Of a DNA stretch of 64,000 nt, positions 9,393 through 19,607 are shown in pieces (positions within the stretch are counted from its first letter, which is position 1; the number at the start of each line of letters is the position of its first letter). The stretch is from positions 317,857 through 381,856 of the forward strand of contig JAZKCY010000001.1 of assembly GCA_040387855.1 (NCBI GenBank). Direction: 5' to 3'. Position numbers and translations under genes: made by a program. Below the pieces are notes generated by a model that saw only the letters and a program-made list of their open reading frames with translations, did not search any database and was not told the origin of the DNA. Source of the stretch: Patescibacteria group bacterium (GTDB lineage Bacteria > Patescibacteriota > Minisyncoccia > Phycocordibacterales > JAKAEA01).

Positions 9393-11180
9393 TTATAATT
9401 TTCCTTCTCGCTGCGCTTTATCTCGCATTGATTTGTTTAAGAATTTCTTTCGAAGTCGAACTGACTTTGGAGTAATTTCGATGTATTCATCATCTGACAT
9501 AATTTCCATGGCTCGTTCGATAGAGAGGATGTAGGCAGGAGCAAGATAGATACCTTCGTCTGATCCTGAAGCTCGCATGTTGGTGAGCTGCTTTCCTTTG
9601 GTTGGGTTTACATAAAGATCATCACCTTTTGTAACACTTCCGACAACCTGACCTTCATATACTTCATAACTTGGTTCTACATAGAGAGTTCCTCGCTGCT
9701 GAAGGTTGTCGAGAGAGAAGGCGAGACACTTTCCTTTCATCATTGAGATCATAGATCCGAATGTCTGTCGTTCCACTGTTCCAGCATATGCTCGGAATTC
9801 TAGGAATCGTGAAGAAATAATTCCTTCTCCCTTAGTATCTACAACGAACTGTCCTCGGTATCCGAGCAAACCTCGAGTTGGGATTTCAAATACCAATCGT
9901 ACCTGACCTCGCTCTTCGGTCATGTTCATCATGATTCCTCGTCGTCGCTGGAGCTTTTCAATAACAGCACTTGATGATTCTTGAGGAACGTCGATAGTTA
10001 CTTCTTCAAAAGGTTCTGATTTTACTCCATCAATTTCTTTGATGATAACTTGTGGTTGTGATACTTGGAGTTCATAACCTTCTCGTCGCATATTTTCAAG
10101 CAAGATCGCAATGTGCAATTCTCCTCGTCCGTATACTTTGTAATTTTCACCTGTAAAGTCTACTTTGAGTCCAACGTTGATTTCGAGTTCTCGTTCTAGT
10201 CGTTCTCGAATTTGTCGTCCTGTAACAAACTTTCCTTCTTGTCCGGCAAATGGAGAATCGTTAACCAAGAATGTAAGAGAGATAGTAGGTTCATCAATCT
10301 GAATAGCAGGAAGCGCTTCTTGATCCTGTGATTCACACACAGTGTCTCCAATATAGATATCAGGAATTCCGGCCATCATCACAATATCTCCAGCTTCGGC
10401 AATATCAGTTTCTGTTCGAGTTACACCTTTGAATGTAAATAGTTTAGTTAGCTTTCCAGAGTGAATAGTTCCATCTGGTGTTTTTGCAAAAATGTTTTGT
10501 CCCATTTTCATCTTACCTTCGTATACTCGGCCAACAGCAAGTCGTCCTAGGAAGTTGTCGTATCCAAGGTTGAACACCTGCATTCGAAGTGGAGCTTCTG
10601 TATCTGCTTGTGCTGCAGGAACTTTTTCTAAAATAAGATCAAGGAGGGGAGTAAGATCTTTTGATTCATCTTCCATCTTTAGCTTTGCAACTCCTTGTCG
10701 TCCGATAGCATAGATAGTTGTGAAATCGAGCTGATCGTCATTTGCTCCAAGTTCGAAGAATAATTCAAGAACTTGATCATGTGCACGCTTTACATCTGCA
10801 GCAGGTTTATCAATTTTATTTAAAACAACGATAGGCTTAAGACCAAGCTCGAGAGATTTCTTAAGTACGAATCGTGTCTGGGGCATAGGACCTTCCTGAG
10901 CATCCACTACAAGAAGCACGGTGTCGATAGATCGCAGCACACGTTCCACTTCAGAACCGAAGTCGGCGTGGCCCGGTGTGTCCACAATGTTGATCTTTGT
11001 ATTCTTATAGAATACTGACGTGTTCTTAGCGTAAATAGTAATACCTCGTTCCTGTTCAAGGGCGTTTGAGTCCATTGATATACCTTCTTCCACCATACCT
11101 GTCTGGCGCATCAAAGCATCAGTAAGAGTTGTCTTACCGTGGTCCACGTGCGCAATAATTGCAATATTTCGAATTTCCAT
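9393..11180 (-). CDS. typA: Translational GTPase TypA/BipA
   Basis: AHVDHGKTT, DTPGHADF, NKID, GRGELH, and the BipA C-terminus KGKQLTNMRASG. Confidence 0.97.
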   Translation of the reverse strand: MEIRNIAIIAHVDHGKTTLTDALMRQTGMVEEGISMDSNALEQERGITIYAKNTSVFYKNTKINIVDTPGHADFGSEVERVLRSIDTVLLVVDAQEGPMPQTRFVLKKSLELGLKPIVVLNKIDKPAADVKRAHDQVLELFFELGANDDQLDFTTIYAIGRQGVAKLKMEDESKDLTPLLDLILEKVPAAQADTEAPLRMQVFNLGYDNFLGRLAVGRVYEGKMKMGQNIFAKTPDGTIHSGKLTKLFTFKGVTRTETDIAEAGDIVMMAGIPDIYIGDTVCESQDQEALPAIQIDEPTISLTFLVNDSPFAGQEGKFVTGRQIRERLERELEINVGLKVDFTGENYKVYGRGELHIAILLENMRREGYELQVSQPQVIIKEIDGVKSEPFEEVTIDVPQESSSAVIEKLQRRRGIMMNMTEERGQVRLVFEIPTRGLLGYRGQFVVDTKGEGIISSRFLEFRAYAGTVERQTFGSMISMMKGKCLAFSLDNLQQRGTLYVEPSYEVYEGQVVGSVTKGDDLYVNPTKGKQLTNMRASGSDEGIYLAPAYILSIERAMEIMSDDEYIEITPKSVRLRKKFLNKSMRDKAQREGKL

Positions 11181-11267
11181 GTGTCTTCTAACCTTAAAAT
11201 GCCTATAAATAAAAAGAGAGCTCGAGCTCTAATTAGGCTATTATCATAATAAAAAAAGCCTCATGTG

Positions 11268-11435
11268 TCAAACATTTGGCTGATCGGGTTTCTTTGGTTC
11301 AGGTGCATTTCTTTCGAAGATGCCCAGTGAGCACAGAAAGAAGGCCGCAATAGCGATAAGGCCGCACACAGCGCTCAGAAGCTTCAACAAACTACGAGCT
11401 AGTTTTTGAACCCCCTTAGTTACTATTTGAGTCAT
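11268..11435 (-). CDS. Unannotated 55-aa single-TM protein (SD-led class)
   Basis: GAGGtaatATG; MTQIVTKGVQKLARSLLKLLSAVCGLIAIAAFFLCSLGIFERNAPEPKKPDQPNV. The terminator hairpin overlaps the stop codon. Confidence 0.6.
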   Translation of the reverse strand: MTQIVTKGVQKLARSLLKLLSAVCGLIAIAAFFLCSLGIFERNAPEPKKPDQPNV

Positions 11436-11536
11436 ATTACCTCACGTTTGTACATAGGTTCGGGATAAGTATACCTGAAACCATGGTACGATTGAAATGG
11501 AACCATGCTCACCCAAATTACAAGAAAGGAGGCCGC

Positions 11537-12235
11537 ATGCGTCTACCACCATTGAAGCCGATAATTCGTCTGTTTACGTCTCGGCTTGGCGAAGTTGCTC
11601 GACGCTTGTTGCGTCCGCTCGTTACACTCGAAGAAGCAAAATCAATTCTTGGTGATCCATATGTCATCGATGCTGCTACAGCGGCATCGGTGTGGAATAT
11701 GGAGGTGCCTCATGACCTACCGATTCCATTTACCAAGAAGCGACTTATGCGTTGTGCAAAAGCAAATGCCAAAGGTGATAAATGGCGGCTCGTGTGTTGT
11801 TTGGGAATTTCAGTTCTCGACATGCACACCAAGCGGCCTGAAGATTTTTATCACTCGAGCATTTGGCAGCAACACGAACGACCGCAATGGATGTCGGAGC
11901 ACGATGCTCCGTGCTACATGCTCATCAACATGAAGCTTCGGCTTAGGGATGCGGGGAGGGAGCAAATGATGCGGTATTTGATGAACCGCAAAAGAGTGTA
12001 CGCCTGGGCTCACTTTCCTACAGTCGTTGAAACCATCGTTACGCTGACTCACAGCCAGCGAGAAACATGCCTTACTGATGGCATGCATGTAGACCTTACC
12101 GAAGGAGATACTATTCCAACGGTCCAGGTCTTCGACGACGGGGTCAACATCTCGACGACTAACAAAGATGTCGTCGCGATGGGAATCAACACAATGGGCA
12201 TAGTCTTGTGCATTATCCCTGAGTCGCTCTCGTAG
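11537..12235 (+). CDS. Hypothetical protein (higher-GC, SD-led class)
   Basis: AAGGAGG before ATG 11537; terminator overlapping the stop. Confidence 0.7.
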   Translation: MRLPPLKPIIRLFTSRLGEVARRLLRPLVTLEEAKSILGDPYVIDAATAASVWNMEVPHDLPIPFTKKRLMRCAKANAKGDKWRLVCCLGISVLDMHTKRPEDFYHSSIWQQHERPQWMSEHDAPCYMLINMKLRLRDAGREQMMRYLMNRKRVYAWAHFPTVVETIVTLTHSQRETCLTDGMHVDLTEGDTIPTVQVFDDGVNISTTNKDVVAMGINTMGIVLCIIPESLS

Positions 12236-12314
12236 CTGCTTGGGTTTTTTTATTGCTAAAAATGATCACACTATTTTTAAGCGTGATCATTTTTTAGTTT
12301 GTGTATCAAGTAAA

Positions 12315-12464
12315 TTAGATAACTCGTCGGCCCTGGATAAGTCGAACTGCGAAGACAATAACGGCAGCTACAAGAAGAAGGTGGACTAATCCGCCAACTG
12401 TTGGAAATCCGATAAAGCCTACAAGCCAAAGTACCAAAAGGATAATTGCAATTGTAGATAGCAT
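12315..12464 (-). CDS. lmo0937-family (DUF5670) small membrane protein, missing from ORF track
   Basis: MLSTIAIILLVLWLVGFIGFPTVGGLVHLLLVAAVIVFAVRLIQGRRVI matches the LWLxG...GGLIHxLLV...GRR family pattern. Confidence 0.85.
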   Translation of the reverse strand: MLSTIAIILLVLWLVGFIGFPTVGGLVHLLLVAAVIVFAVRLIQGRRVI

Positions 12465-12511
12465 AAGCGAATGTGATTATTTCAATAACTACCGACCTTT
12501 ACTCAACTGTA

Positions 12512-12537
12512 GACGAAGCTCTGCTGCAGCTCTTACA
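12512..12537 (-). promoter_or_regulatory. ECF-type promoter motif TGTAA-N17-CGTC
   Basis: One of 8 recurring copies, upstream of the lmo0937-family gene. Confidence 0.6.
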
Positions 12538-12610
12538 TTTGCTGAGCCTGCTCTAAGCAATAGCCGCGCTTTGAGCTTTTTTCACAAATGATAAAATTAC
12601 ACTTATATAT

Positions 12611-14035
12611 ATGAATATGAAGTCATTATCATTACTGCAGCCATTGGCAATAGTAGATATAGAAACAACCGGGGCGAGTCCTTCTCATGACAGGATAATT
12701 GAAATTGCGATTATCAGATTTGAAGAGGGCAAAGAAATAGAGCGCTTTTCTACACTTGTTGATCCGGAGTGTTCTATTCCTTCCGGAATATTTTCTTTGA
12801 CAGGTATTACAACCGATCATGTAAAAGATGCTCCCACTTTCTATGACATATCTAAAGATGTAGAAAGGTTATTAAAAGGAGCTATATTTATTGCTCACAA
12901 TGTGCGGTTTGATTATTCTTTTGTAAAACAAGAGTTGTCACGCCTCAATATTTCTTTTTCAGCTCGACAATTGTGTACAGTGAGACTTTCAAAATATTTG
13001 TATCCTGAATTTCAGAGACACGATCTTTCTACTATTATTTCTCGCTTTAATTTTGTTTGTGAAGATCGCCATAGAGCTTTAGGTGATGCTCAGGTATTAG
13101 TAGATCTCTTGTATTTAGCAGATACAGAGCATAAAGAAAAATTTACAGAAGCAGCAGAAAAGATAATTGGTAGATCAAGATTGCCTACATTTTTAAACGA
13201 GTCTGTTATTAAATCTCTTCCTGAAGGACCTGGGGTATATATCTTTTATGGGGAAGATGGTGAAAAATTATATATAGGTAAAAGTGTAAATATTCGACAG
13301 CGGGTAGTATCTCATTTTGGAGGTATGACAAAAAATACACTAAGATTTTTGGAAGAGGTGAGAGATATAGAAGCTCGGGAGACAGCCGGAGAGCTTAGTG
13401 CGCTTTTACTTGAATCACATTTAATAAAAACAGAACAACCACTTTACAATAAACTTTCTCGAAAAATGAAAAAGCTGTGCTGTGTGATAGAAGATTCACA
13501 TAATGGATACAAATCTATTCGTATAGAACAGTATGATCAAGAAGAGCTTGAGCACTCTCATAAAATAATTGGCATTTTCAGAAGCATGATGCAAGCAAAG
13601 AAAATGCTTGATGCGTATGCAAAAGAACATTCATTGTGTCCGAGGTTGTCAGGACTTGAGAAGGGAACAGGGGCATGCTTTTATACCCAGCTAGGAAAAT
13701 GTAAGGGCGCATGTGCAAGTAAAGAAGATACACTTGCCTATAATCTTAGATTTGATGAAGCTTTTTCAAGCAGAAGATTAAAGGCATGGCCATACAATGG
13801 TCCTATCACTATTACGGAAACAAAAGATAAAGATACGGGAATTACTCATATTATCAATGAATGGCGGCTCGTAGGCAGTATTCAGTACGATGAAGGCGGC
13901 CAGCGACAGTTTTTACCTCAGAATCATATATTCGATTATGATGCCTATAAAATCCTCGTTCAGCACCTAAAAACCTATAAACAAAGGGTTAAAATCATCA
14001 CTCCATTTGAGATGAAGAATCTATTGACTTTATGA
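12611..14035 (+). CDS. DnaQ-like exonuclease fused to GIY-YIG (Cho/UvrC-like) nuclease
   Basis: VDIETTG, AHNVRFD, HRALGDA; GVYIF..LYIGKSVNIRQRV; Cys cluster. Confidence 0.88.
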   Translation: MNMKSLSLLQPLAIVDIETTGASPSHDRIIEIAIIRFEEGKEIERFSTLVDPECSIPSGIFSLTGITTDHVKDAPTFYDISKDVERLLKGAIFIAHNVRFDYSFVKQELSRLNISFSARQLCTVRLSKYLYPEFQRHDLSTIISRFNFVCEDRHRALGDAQVLVDLLYLADTEHKEKFTEAAEKIIGRSRLPTFLNESVIKSLPEGPGVYIFYGEDGEKLYIGKSVNIRQRVVSHFGGMTKNTLRFLEEVRDIEARETAGELSALLLESHLIKTEQPLYNKLSRKMKKLCCVIEDSHNGYKSIRIEQYDQEELEHSHKIIGIFRSMMQAKKMLDAYAKEHSLCPRLSGLEKGTGACFYTQLGKCKGACASKEDTLAYNLRFDEAFSSRRLKAWPYNGPITITETKDKDTGITHIINEWRLVGSIQYDEGGQRQFLPQNHIFDYDAYKILVQHLKTYKQRVKIITPFEMKNLLTL

Positions 14036-14081
14036 TATAAAAGTGATATAATATACATATTAAGTTAAGTATATAAATACT

Positions 14082-14411
14082 ATGACTACACACGTATATC
14101 ACGCAAAACACAAGGATCATAAAGAGCTTGCCGCAAAGCTTCAGCTTGAAGTTGATTCAATTTTGACCACTGTCAAAAATAAAGGTGAATATTCTGAATT
14201 CCGAGAACGAGAAGTAATTGATATTCATGACATTAGTGATAAACCACTTATGACAGAATTAATTGATCATCGTATTCATGAAATTGCTACTCGGCATCAA
14301 CGGCCAAGTAAAGTTTTGAAACAGACAGAACATGTTTTAAAACATACTGAAAAGGTTGGAAAGAATATTCATAAAGTAGTTAATTATCTTTTCAAACCGT
14401 TCGAACTCTAA
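14082..14411 (+). CDS. Hypothetical protein
   Basis: 109-aa AT-rich ORF with promoter-like upstream sequence. Confidence 0.6.
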   Translation: MTTHVYHAKHKDHKELAAKLQLEVDSILTTVKNKGEYSEFREREVIDIHDISDKPLMTELIDHRIHEIATRHQRPSKVLKQTEHVLKHTEKVGKNIHKVVNYLFKPFEL

Positions 14412-14482
14412 AAGAAATCCACACAAATGAGTGATCATACGTGTGATATAGTAAAGCTATGCGACGAGCATAGCTTTATTAT

Positions 14483-16165
14483 ATGCATCTCTTTATCGAA
14501 CTTAGTCTTCTCATAGTAATTGCTCTTATTATTGCTTCAGTAATGAAGGTGTTACGACAGCCACTTATTGTGGGCTATATACTCACAGGAATTCTCGTGG
14601 GGCCTTTTGCGTTAAACTTTTTTCACTCTACAGAAAGTATTCATATATTTTCAGAATTAAAGATTGCGATTCTTCTGTTTATTGTGGGGCTTAGCCTTAA
14701 CCCTCTCATATTTAGAGAAGTAGGAAAAACAACATTGCTCACAGGGTTGGGCCAAGTCTTTTTTACCTCGGGAATTGGATATGCAATTATGCAGCTCATG
14801 GGATTTGATGCAATCACATCTCTTTATGTTGCATTAGCTATTTCATTTAGTAGTACTATTATTGTTTTAAAAATACTTACTGATAAGGGTGATTTAAATA
14901 AGCTGTACGGTAGAGTGTCTGTTGGATTTTTGTTGGTTCAAGATGTTGCGGCAATTATTGTACTACTTATCGTCTCTACAATTCCGCGAGTGACAGGAGA
15001 ATCACTTTCTGCTGCCGTGGCACTGCTATTTCTAAAAGGTTTTGCAATAACTGCACTCATTTACATTATTGGTAAAAGAGTACTTCCTCGAATAAGTAAG
15101 TTTTTTGCTTCATCACAAGAGTTGTTGTTCTTGTTTTCGTTAGCGTGGGGATTGGGATTGGCATCACTCTTTTATTCGCTCGGGTTTTCGATAGAAGTGG
15201 GAGCGCTTATTGCAGGAGTGCTACTTTCAGTATCACCATTTTCATATGAAATTAGTTCACGAATAAAACCATTGCGTGACTTTTTTGTGTTGCTCTTTTT
15301 CATAATGTTTGGAACTCAAATTATGCTTACTGAGCTTCCGTCACTCATAGGACCAGCACTTGTTCTTTCAACGATAGTATTACTTGGAAACCCACTTATT
15401 ATTTTCGTGATTATGAATGTGCTCGGATATAAACGGAAAACAAGCATTATGGCTGGTTTTACTGTTGCACAAGTAAGTGAGCTATCGTTAATTCTTATTT
15501 CTATTGGCTTTGCGAGTGGCCATGTTTCTGCATATATAGTTTCGCTTGTGACACTGGTATGTATTATCACAATTTGTGGATCAACATATCTTATGTTGTT
15601 TGCCGATACTATTTACCCACAAATACATAGATTGTTGGGAATCTTCGAATTGAGAAAGAAAAGAAGTGTACAGCAAATGACAAAAGAACAACATCCCGAA
15701 ATAATTATCTTTGGGTATGACCGAGTAGGTAGTGATTTTGTGTATGCCGCTGAGCAATTAAAAAAGCAGTATATCGTTGTAGATTTCAATCCGCGATCTA
15801 TTCAGAAACTTAAAGAAAATAACATTCCGTATGAATATGGTGATGCAGAAGATGTAGATTTTCTTCAAGATTTAGGACTTAATAATGCTGAGATGATTAT
15901 CTCAACATTGCCCGATTTTAACGCCAATATGCTTTTAGTTCAGATGTATCGAAAAGATAACCAGAAGGGAATTATCATGGTGCTTTCGCATGATGTAGAA
16001 CATGCAGAAGCTTTGTATAAAGCTGGAGCAACCTATGTGGTTATGCCTCACTACTTGGGTGCTCATTATGCATCATCTATGATTTCTCGTTTTGGATTTA
16101 ATTCTTTTGAGTTTGAAGAAGAGCGAAATAAGCATCTTCAGCACCTCGCGCAGCGTCAATCTTAA
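14483..16165 (+). CDS. CPA2/Kef-type cation:proton antiporter with TrkA-N domain
   Basis: Multi-TM domain (FSSTIIVLKIL, LLVQDV) followed by IIFGYDRVG and YGDAED. Confidence 0.9.
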   Translation: MHLFIELSLLIVIALIIASVMKVLRQPLIVGYILTGILVGPFALNFFHSTESIHIFSELKIAILLFIVGLSLNPLIFREVGKTTLLTGLGQVFFTSGIGYAIMQLMGFDAITSLYVALAISFSSTIIVLKILTDKGDLNKLYGRVSVGFLLVQDVAAIIVLLIVSTIPRVTGESLSAAVALLFLKGFAITALIYIIGKRVLPRISKFFASSQELLFLFSLAWGLGLASLFYSLGFSIEVGALIAGVLLSVSPFSYEISSRIKPLRDFFVLLFFIMFGTQIMLTELPSLIGPALVLSTIVLLGNPLIIFVIMNVLGYKRKTSIMAGFTVAQVSELSLILISIGFASGHVSAYIVSLVTLVCIITICGSTYLMLFADTIYPQIHRLLGIFELRKKRSVQQMTKEQHPEIIIFGYDRVGSDFVYAAEQLKKQYIVVDFNPRSIQKLKENNIPYEYGDAEDVDFLQDLGLNNAEMIISTLPDFNANMLLVQMYRKDNQKGIIMVLSHDVEHAEALYKAGATYVVMPHYLGAHYASSMISRFGFNSFEFEEERNKHLQHLAQRQS

Positions 16166-16307
16166 TCGTAGCTTCATTAGTTGCTCATCCTTGACTTATC
16201 CACAGATTTTCAGTCTGCTATTGACGAATTTTTTAATAGGAGTAAGCTAGTATCTGGCTTCGTACCAATCGGGTTCTCAGATTTCTTGTTTTTCTCGGAG
16301 GTATTGC

Positions 16308-16925
16308 ATGACGGTTGTAGACAACATGGATGTTGGAGCGGCGCTTGCGCTCATGCGTGAAGAGTTGCCCGCGACGCTTTCTGGGGATGAAGTGAAGGCT
16401 GTGTGCGATGAGTGCACGGATCGGAGGTTGGCGGCACTTGCGCCCTCTACCGTTTCGACGGTCAACGTGACGTGCATGGACTTCCGGTTCTGCATCAAGT
16501 CACGTCATGCGTTGCGCACGATGTACGGGGTCGAAAAGCTCGTCGACCTCGTGACCTTCGCTGGTGGAGCCTACAGCTTCGCCGCGACATCAGGTGCGCC
16601 GTGGTGGCAGGTGCACAAGCACGTGTGGATCTGGTGCGTGAAGATGATGGTGCGCTTCGTGATGTGCATCAGCCTTCGGGTCGCCATCTACAAGCATGGC
16701 GTCGAGCGCATCGTGCTCTGCGGTCATGAGCAGTGTGGCCTGTGTTGCCTTCACGGGCATCATTTCGACACGATGGAGGATGACAGGGCGTTCCACCAGG
16801 ATCGTCTCCGGGCCGCGGGTAAGTGGCTGCGGAAGAAGTTTCCCGAGGTAAAGGTTATCTGTTTGTGTTTCCTGTATATGGACGGTGAAGGAGACGTTCA
16901 GCTCAAGGAGTTCGAACAGATGTAG
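16308..16925 (+). CDS. Beta-carbonic-anhydrase-like protein (GC-rich, SD-led class)
   Basis: Zn ligand motifs CMDFR and HEQCG; SD GGAGGT. Confidence 0.7.
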   Translation: MTVVDNMDVGAALALMREELPATLSGDEVKAVCDECTDRRLAALAPSTVSTVNVTCMDFRFCIKSRHALRTMYGVEKLVDLVTFAGGAYSFAATSGAPWWQVHKHVWIWCVKMMVRFVMCISLRVAIYKHGVERIVLCGHEQCGLCCLHGHHFDTMEDDRAFHQDRLRAAGKWLRKKFPEVKVICLCFLYMDGEGDVQLKEFEQM

Positions 16926-17066
16926 TTCCAATGGGGGTGCGATATCGCATTCCTTTTTTATTTGGGAAAAGCAGAAATAATATGATTGTATTGTAATTTA
17001 GCATTAAGAGGTATATAATTTTTTCTTGTGTCTTTACTTCGAGTTTAATGATTTCTTAATAATTTT

Positions 17067-18695
17067 ATGAACGGAATAGTTGATCAATTAAAGAAGAACT
17101 GGATTTCAGCTCTCTCAGTGGCACTGGTATCAGTACCGCTTTCTCTTTCACTAAGTATTGCTTCAGGAGCGGGTCCTGTCGCCGGAGTCATTACTGCAAT
17201 TTGGGCCGGGTTATTTGCCGGAATTTTCGGAGGAAGTAAATTCAACATTGTAGGCCCTGCAGGAGCACTCGCTGGGATTTTAGCTTCTATTGCTTTTGTG
17301 TATGGTGCTGCTGTACTACCTTTGATTGCTATTGTTTCTGGATTTATGATTTTGGTTGTTTGGTTTTTTAAATGGGACCGATATCTTATTTTCGTTCCAT
17401 CTGCTGTGGTGCATGGTTTTACGCTCGGTGTTGCACTTACTATTGGTTTTGGTCAGCTCAATTTTGCATTGGGATTGAAAGATCTTCCAAAACATGAACA
17501 TCTCATTTCAAATATATTAGAATCATTAAAACATATCGCATTCTCTCAAACATGGTCTGTGATTCCTTTTATAGTAGGTCTTGGACTAATGTTTACTATT
17601 CTTAAATACAAACCTCGTTGGCCTAATACTGTTATTGTTGCTGCTCTAGGTATTTTATTTGGATACCTTACAAGTATTGGAACAATTCCACTTACTATTG
17701 ATACTCTGTTTACAAAATTTGGCGACCTTATCCTTCGACCGTTCAATATTCCGACATTGTCTCGAGATATGTTTAACCAAGTGATTTTCCAGTATTCTGC
17801 AGTTGTTGCATTCGTGGTAGTTCTTGAAACATTGATATCAGCAAAGATTGCAGATGGAATGACTAAGACAAAATTCAAGCAGCGAAAGGAAGTACTTGGA
17901 GTGGGACTTGCAAACATTGCTGCAGGTATCTTCGGAGGTATTCCAGCAAGTGGAGTATTTGCTCGAACAGCCATCAATGTAAAAAGTGGAGCAACATCAA
18001 ACTGGTCTCAAATTATTAATGCTGTTTTTGTTGCTATTCTAGCTATGGTATTGCTCCCAGGATTTAAGTTTATTCCTTTATCTGTAATTGCTGCAATTCT
18101 TGTATATGCATCTATAAGAATGGTTGCAACACATCATTTTAAGAAGCTCTATAAATTTGATCGATCAGCATTTTGGATTTCTATGGCAGTAGCTATAATT
18201 ACTGTTGTTTATGATGCTACAGCAGGTATTCTTGTCGGAACCCTCCTAGCATTGCTTGTATTTGCTCGAAAGCTATCGAGTGCTCAATGTAATGTAACTA
18301 TTAATGAAGAAGATGGTCAGACAGATGCTACTGAAGTTCTTAATGAAAATGTGAAAGGAAAGGAAGTCGTGTATAGATTTGCTGGAGAACTCACATATAT
18401 CAATGCTAAGAGCCACATAGAACGATTACAGAGAATTAGTTCAGATAGTGCTATAGTTCTCAACTTTAGAAATTTATTTTATATAGACGTAGATGGAATC
18501 GAAGCCCTAGATGAAATTATTGAAGATTTAGACCGAAGAAATCAGTCGGTATTTGTGACGGGAGTAAACGAAAATATCATGAAGTTTGTAAAAGATCATG
18601 AATGGTTTAAAAAGCTTGTACATGAAAATAGAGTGCTTACAACAACGGATGCTGCAATTGCTCAATCAAAAACTATTTCTCTAAAGAATCTATAA
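17067..18695 (+). CDS. SulP/SLC26 anion (bicarbonate/sulfate) transporter with STAS domain
   Basis: FGGSKFNIVGPAGA, GIPASGVFARTAINVKSGA, C-terminal YIDVDG STAS motif. Confidence 0.92.
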   Translation: MNGIVDQLKKNWISALSVALVSVPLSLSLSIASGAGPVAGVITAIWAGLFAGIFGGSKFNIVGPAGALAGILASIAFVYGAAVLPLIAIVSGFMILVVWFFKWDRYLIFVPSAVVHGFTLGVALTIGFGQLNFALGLKDLPKHEHLISNILESLKHIAFSQTWSVIPFIVGLGLMFTILKYKPRWPNTVIVAALGILFGYLTSIGTIPLTIDTLFTKFGDLILRPFNIPTLSRDMFNQVIFQYSAVVAFVVVLETLISAKIADGMTKTKFKQRKEVLGVGLANIAAGIFGGIPASGVFARTAINVKSGATSNWSQIINAVFVAILAMVLLPGFKFIPLSVIAAILVYASIRMVATHHFKKLYKFDRSAFWISMAVAIITVVYDATAGILVGTLLALLVFARKLSSAQCNVTINEEDGQTDATEVLNENVKGKEVVYRFAGELTYINAKSHIERLQRISSDSAIVLNFRNLFYIDVDGIEALDEIIEDLDRRNQSVFVTGVNENIMKFVKDHEWFKKLVHENRVLTTTDAAIAQSKTISLKNL

Positions 18696-18696
18696 C

Positions 18697-18726
18697 AAAA
18701 AAGCCCTGAATAGTCAGGGCTTTTTG
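18697..18726. terminator. Bidirectional terminator
   Basis: aaaaaagccctga-atag-tcagggctttttt. Confidence 0.8.
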
Positions 18727-19308
18727 CTATTCGAGAATTGCGTGAGCTATACCTAGTTCTACAGCATCGGAAGGTGTGAGTACTGTATTGTTTGCCATAA
18801 GTTCTAAAACTTTTTGCACGGTAAGCTTTCCATTTGATTGATCAGCTATTACTGAAGCGTATTGAAAATCTTTAAGTTTATCTTCTTTAACAATAGATTC
18901 CATTTCTGGAGTAGTCATTCGTTTTGGCATATCAAAAGTTCGTCCGGCAAGATGGAGAAGGAGAGTTGTGTTTGGAGTTATGAATCTGTTTTTACCTGTG
19001 AGAAAAATAATAATTCCACTTGAATCAACATCTCCTGATCCAATGGTGTTGAGAACTGGCTTGTACACACTTCTCATACTGTCATAAAAACTCATGCCGA
19101 TACCAGTTGGACCGCCATGGGATGTAACCACAAGATTAATTGGCTCAGTAGGATTGTCGATAACGAGATTTTGAATTCGTTCGATCATGTCAGCAAGTAT
19201 TCCACCACTTACACCACCAATCCACTGTATAGTTCGTGCAGGAAGATATGGTAAAACTAATTTTTCTTCAGAACTAACTTGATAACTAATCTTTTGACTT
19301 GTGGCCAT
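18727..19308 (-). CDS. ClpP-like protease subunit (divergent)
   Basis: INLVVTSHGG, GDVDSSG (Ser), LLH (His), TPSDAVELGIAH. Confidence 0.8.
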   Translation of the reverse strand: MATSQKISYQVSSEEKLVLPYLPARTIQWIGGVSGGILADMIERIQNLVIDNPTEPINLVVTSHGGPTGIGMSFYDSMRSVYKPVLNTIGSGDVDSSGIIIFLTGKNRFITPNTTLLLHLAGRTFDMPKRMTTPEMESIVKEDKLKDFQYASVIADQSNGKLTVQKVLELMANNTVLTPSDAVELGIAHAILE

Positions 19309-19392
19309 GTGTAAAATATTCTAACTGCTAACGTACTAAAGATCTTAGTAGTTATATTTTACCTTTGCCATCTTTGCTATACAAATTAATAA

Positions 19393-19425
19393 TACACAGG
19401 GCCCTCTATTTGAGGGCCCTGTGTA
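19393..19425. terminator. Perfect 14-bp stem-loop
   Basis: tacacagggccctc-tattt-gagggccctgtgta downstream of the small ORF 19440..19607. Confidence 0.65.
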
Positions 19426-19439
19426 AAGATATTATCGAT

Positions 19440-19607
19440 TTATCGCTCTTCTATACCAAATTCGTCTTCCAACAGTCTTTTGTCTAATTCTTCATCTTCA
19501 TTCCTTGTTTTTGTATTTCCGTGTGATGCTTTATTTGAATTGTTTTGTTCTGAAATTTTTTGTCGGTTCTGGAGATTATTTTCACGAGCATTATTTTGTT
19601 GTGCCAT
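19440..19607 (-). CDS. Unannotated 55-aa hydrophilic protein
   Basis: MAQQNNARENNLQNRQKISEQNNSNKASHGNTKTRNEDEELDKRLLEDEFGIEER; ECF-type motif upstream at 19665-19691 and hairpin downstream. Confidence 0.6.
   Translation of the reverse strand: MAQQNNARENNLQNRQKISEQNNSNKASHGNTKTRNEDEELDKRLLEDEFGIEER

Noticed and set aside
14452-14478. 11-bp inverted repeat just before the Kef antiporter start
   Set aside because: Cannot distinguish an ordinary terminator of the upstream gene from an operator, and no riboswitch consensus is seen.
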